DNA from: Tubulanus polymorphus
Lineage: Eukaryota; Animalia; Nemertea
Direction of reading: 5' to 3'
DNA length: 64,000 bases
Assembly (NCBI RefSeq): GCF_964204645.1
Contig: NC_134032.1
Span: 4,116,175-4,180,174, forward strand
Shown here: positions 63,502-64,000 of the stretch, one piece after another
Position numbering within the stretch: position 1 is the first letter of the stretch
How the letters are laid out: every line of letters starts with the position of its first letter
Made by a program: the position numbers and the translations under genes
The notes under the pieces: generated by a model
What the model saw: the letters and a program-made list of their open reading frames with translations, nothing else
Database searches by the model: none
Told to the model about the DNA's origin: nothing

Positions 63502-64000
63502 TTATTCATCAAAAAAATTACTATCTTCAAAATATTTAGTTAACTTAGTTATAATTATTTCAACATTTATTTCATTACTAGTTTCATTTGTATATATTTC
63601 AATTATTATTTTTTTAATATCATCGATGATAAAATCTTCATCTAATTCATAAAATCTTAAAGATTCTCTAATTAAATTAGTAATCTTTTCTACATTTAAA
63701 GTTTCTTTATCTATTGTTGTTTCATACTCAAATGTTGTTTCATTAGAAAATGCAATATTTTTTGATATGTGTAATTACATCATTAACGTTAAATTTCATT
63801 TCTTTCTCACGTTTAAAATAAAACCCAAAACATATACTCGGTCCAACAGTTATATTCATTTATATAGTGAAAAAAATTACTCTCTACATCTTATAACTAA
63901 TTCATAAATTACAGGAAAGTTATTCAAATCAATTAGATAACCATTATGATTTCTTATTTCTAATTTAAAATTATTAAATTTAGGAATGCAAGGTTTGAAA
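63502..64000 (-). mobile_element. Maverick/Polinton-like block: minor-capsid-like C-terminus (~63880-64000) plus a frameshifted acidic ORF (~63502-63859)
   Basis: FNNFKLEIRNHNGYLIDLNNFPVIYELVIR resembles the terminal strands of Polinton minor capsid proteins. The next ORF starts with TAAATG. Confidence 0.55.

Overview
AT-rich, intron-containing animal (invertebrate-like) genomic DNA, densely filled with transposon debris. There are no prokaryotic features. Main content: (1) A spliced minus-strand gene that I reconstructed exon by exon (13587->2867). It encodes an apparently in-frame type I receptor: signal peptide-CUB-CUB-PLAT/LH2-PLAT/LH2-Ser/Thr stalk-TM-cytoplasmic tail with ITIM/ITSM-like tyrosines. 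(2) A second copy (28764->25945). Its ectodomain exons and introns are near-identical to the first, but its TM is diverged and its tail is an unrelated acidic multi-tyrosine sequence. Its 5' half is replaced in frame by TM1-TM5 of a class A GPCR. (3) An intact intronless GPCR paralog (48273-49232). (4) A spliced tyrosine-recombinase (Crypton-like) gene with one in-frame stop (41944->38910), bracketed by two related repeat arrays and starting next to a (CA)n tract. (5) Decayed Maverick/Polinton-like gene blocks (integrase end, packaging ATPase, small ORFs, minor-capsid-like end) at 50.8-52.0 kb and 62.8-64.0 kb, whose ORFs start with TAAATG. (6) Fragments of L1/Tx1, Penelope-like and other non-LTR elements, a tRNA-derived SINE, many MITEs, a MULE-like element with a 10-bp TSD, and several mini/microsatellites. 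Exon models and family assignments come from manual reading only; no searches were run.
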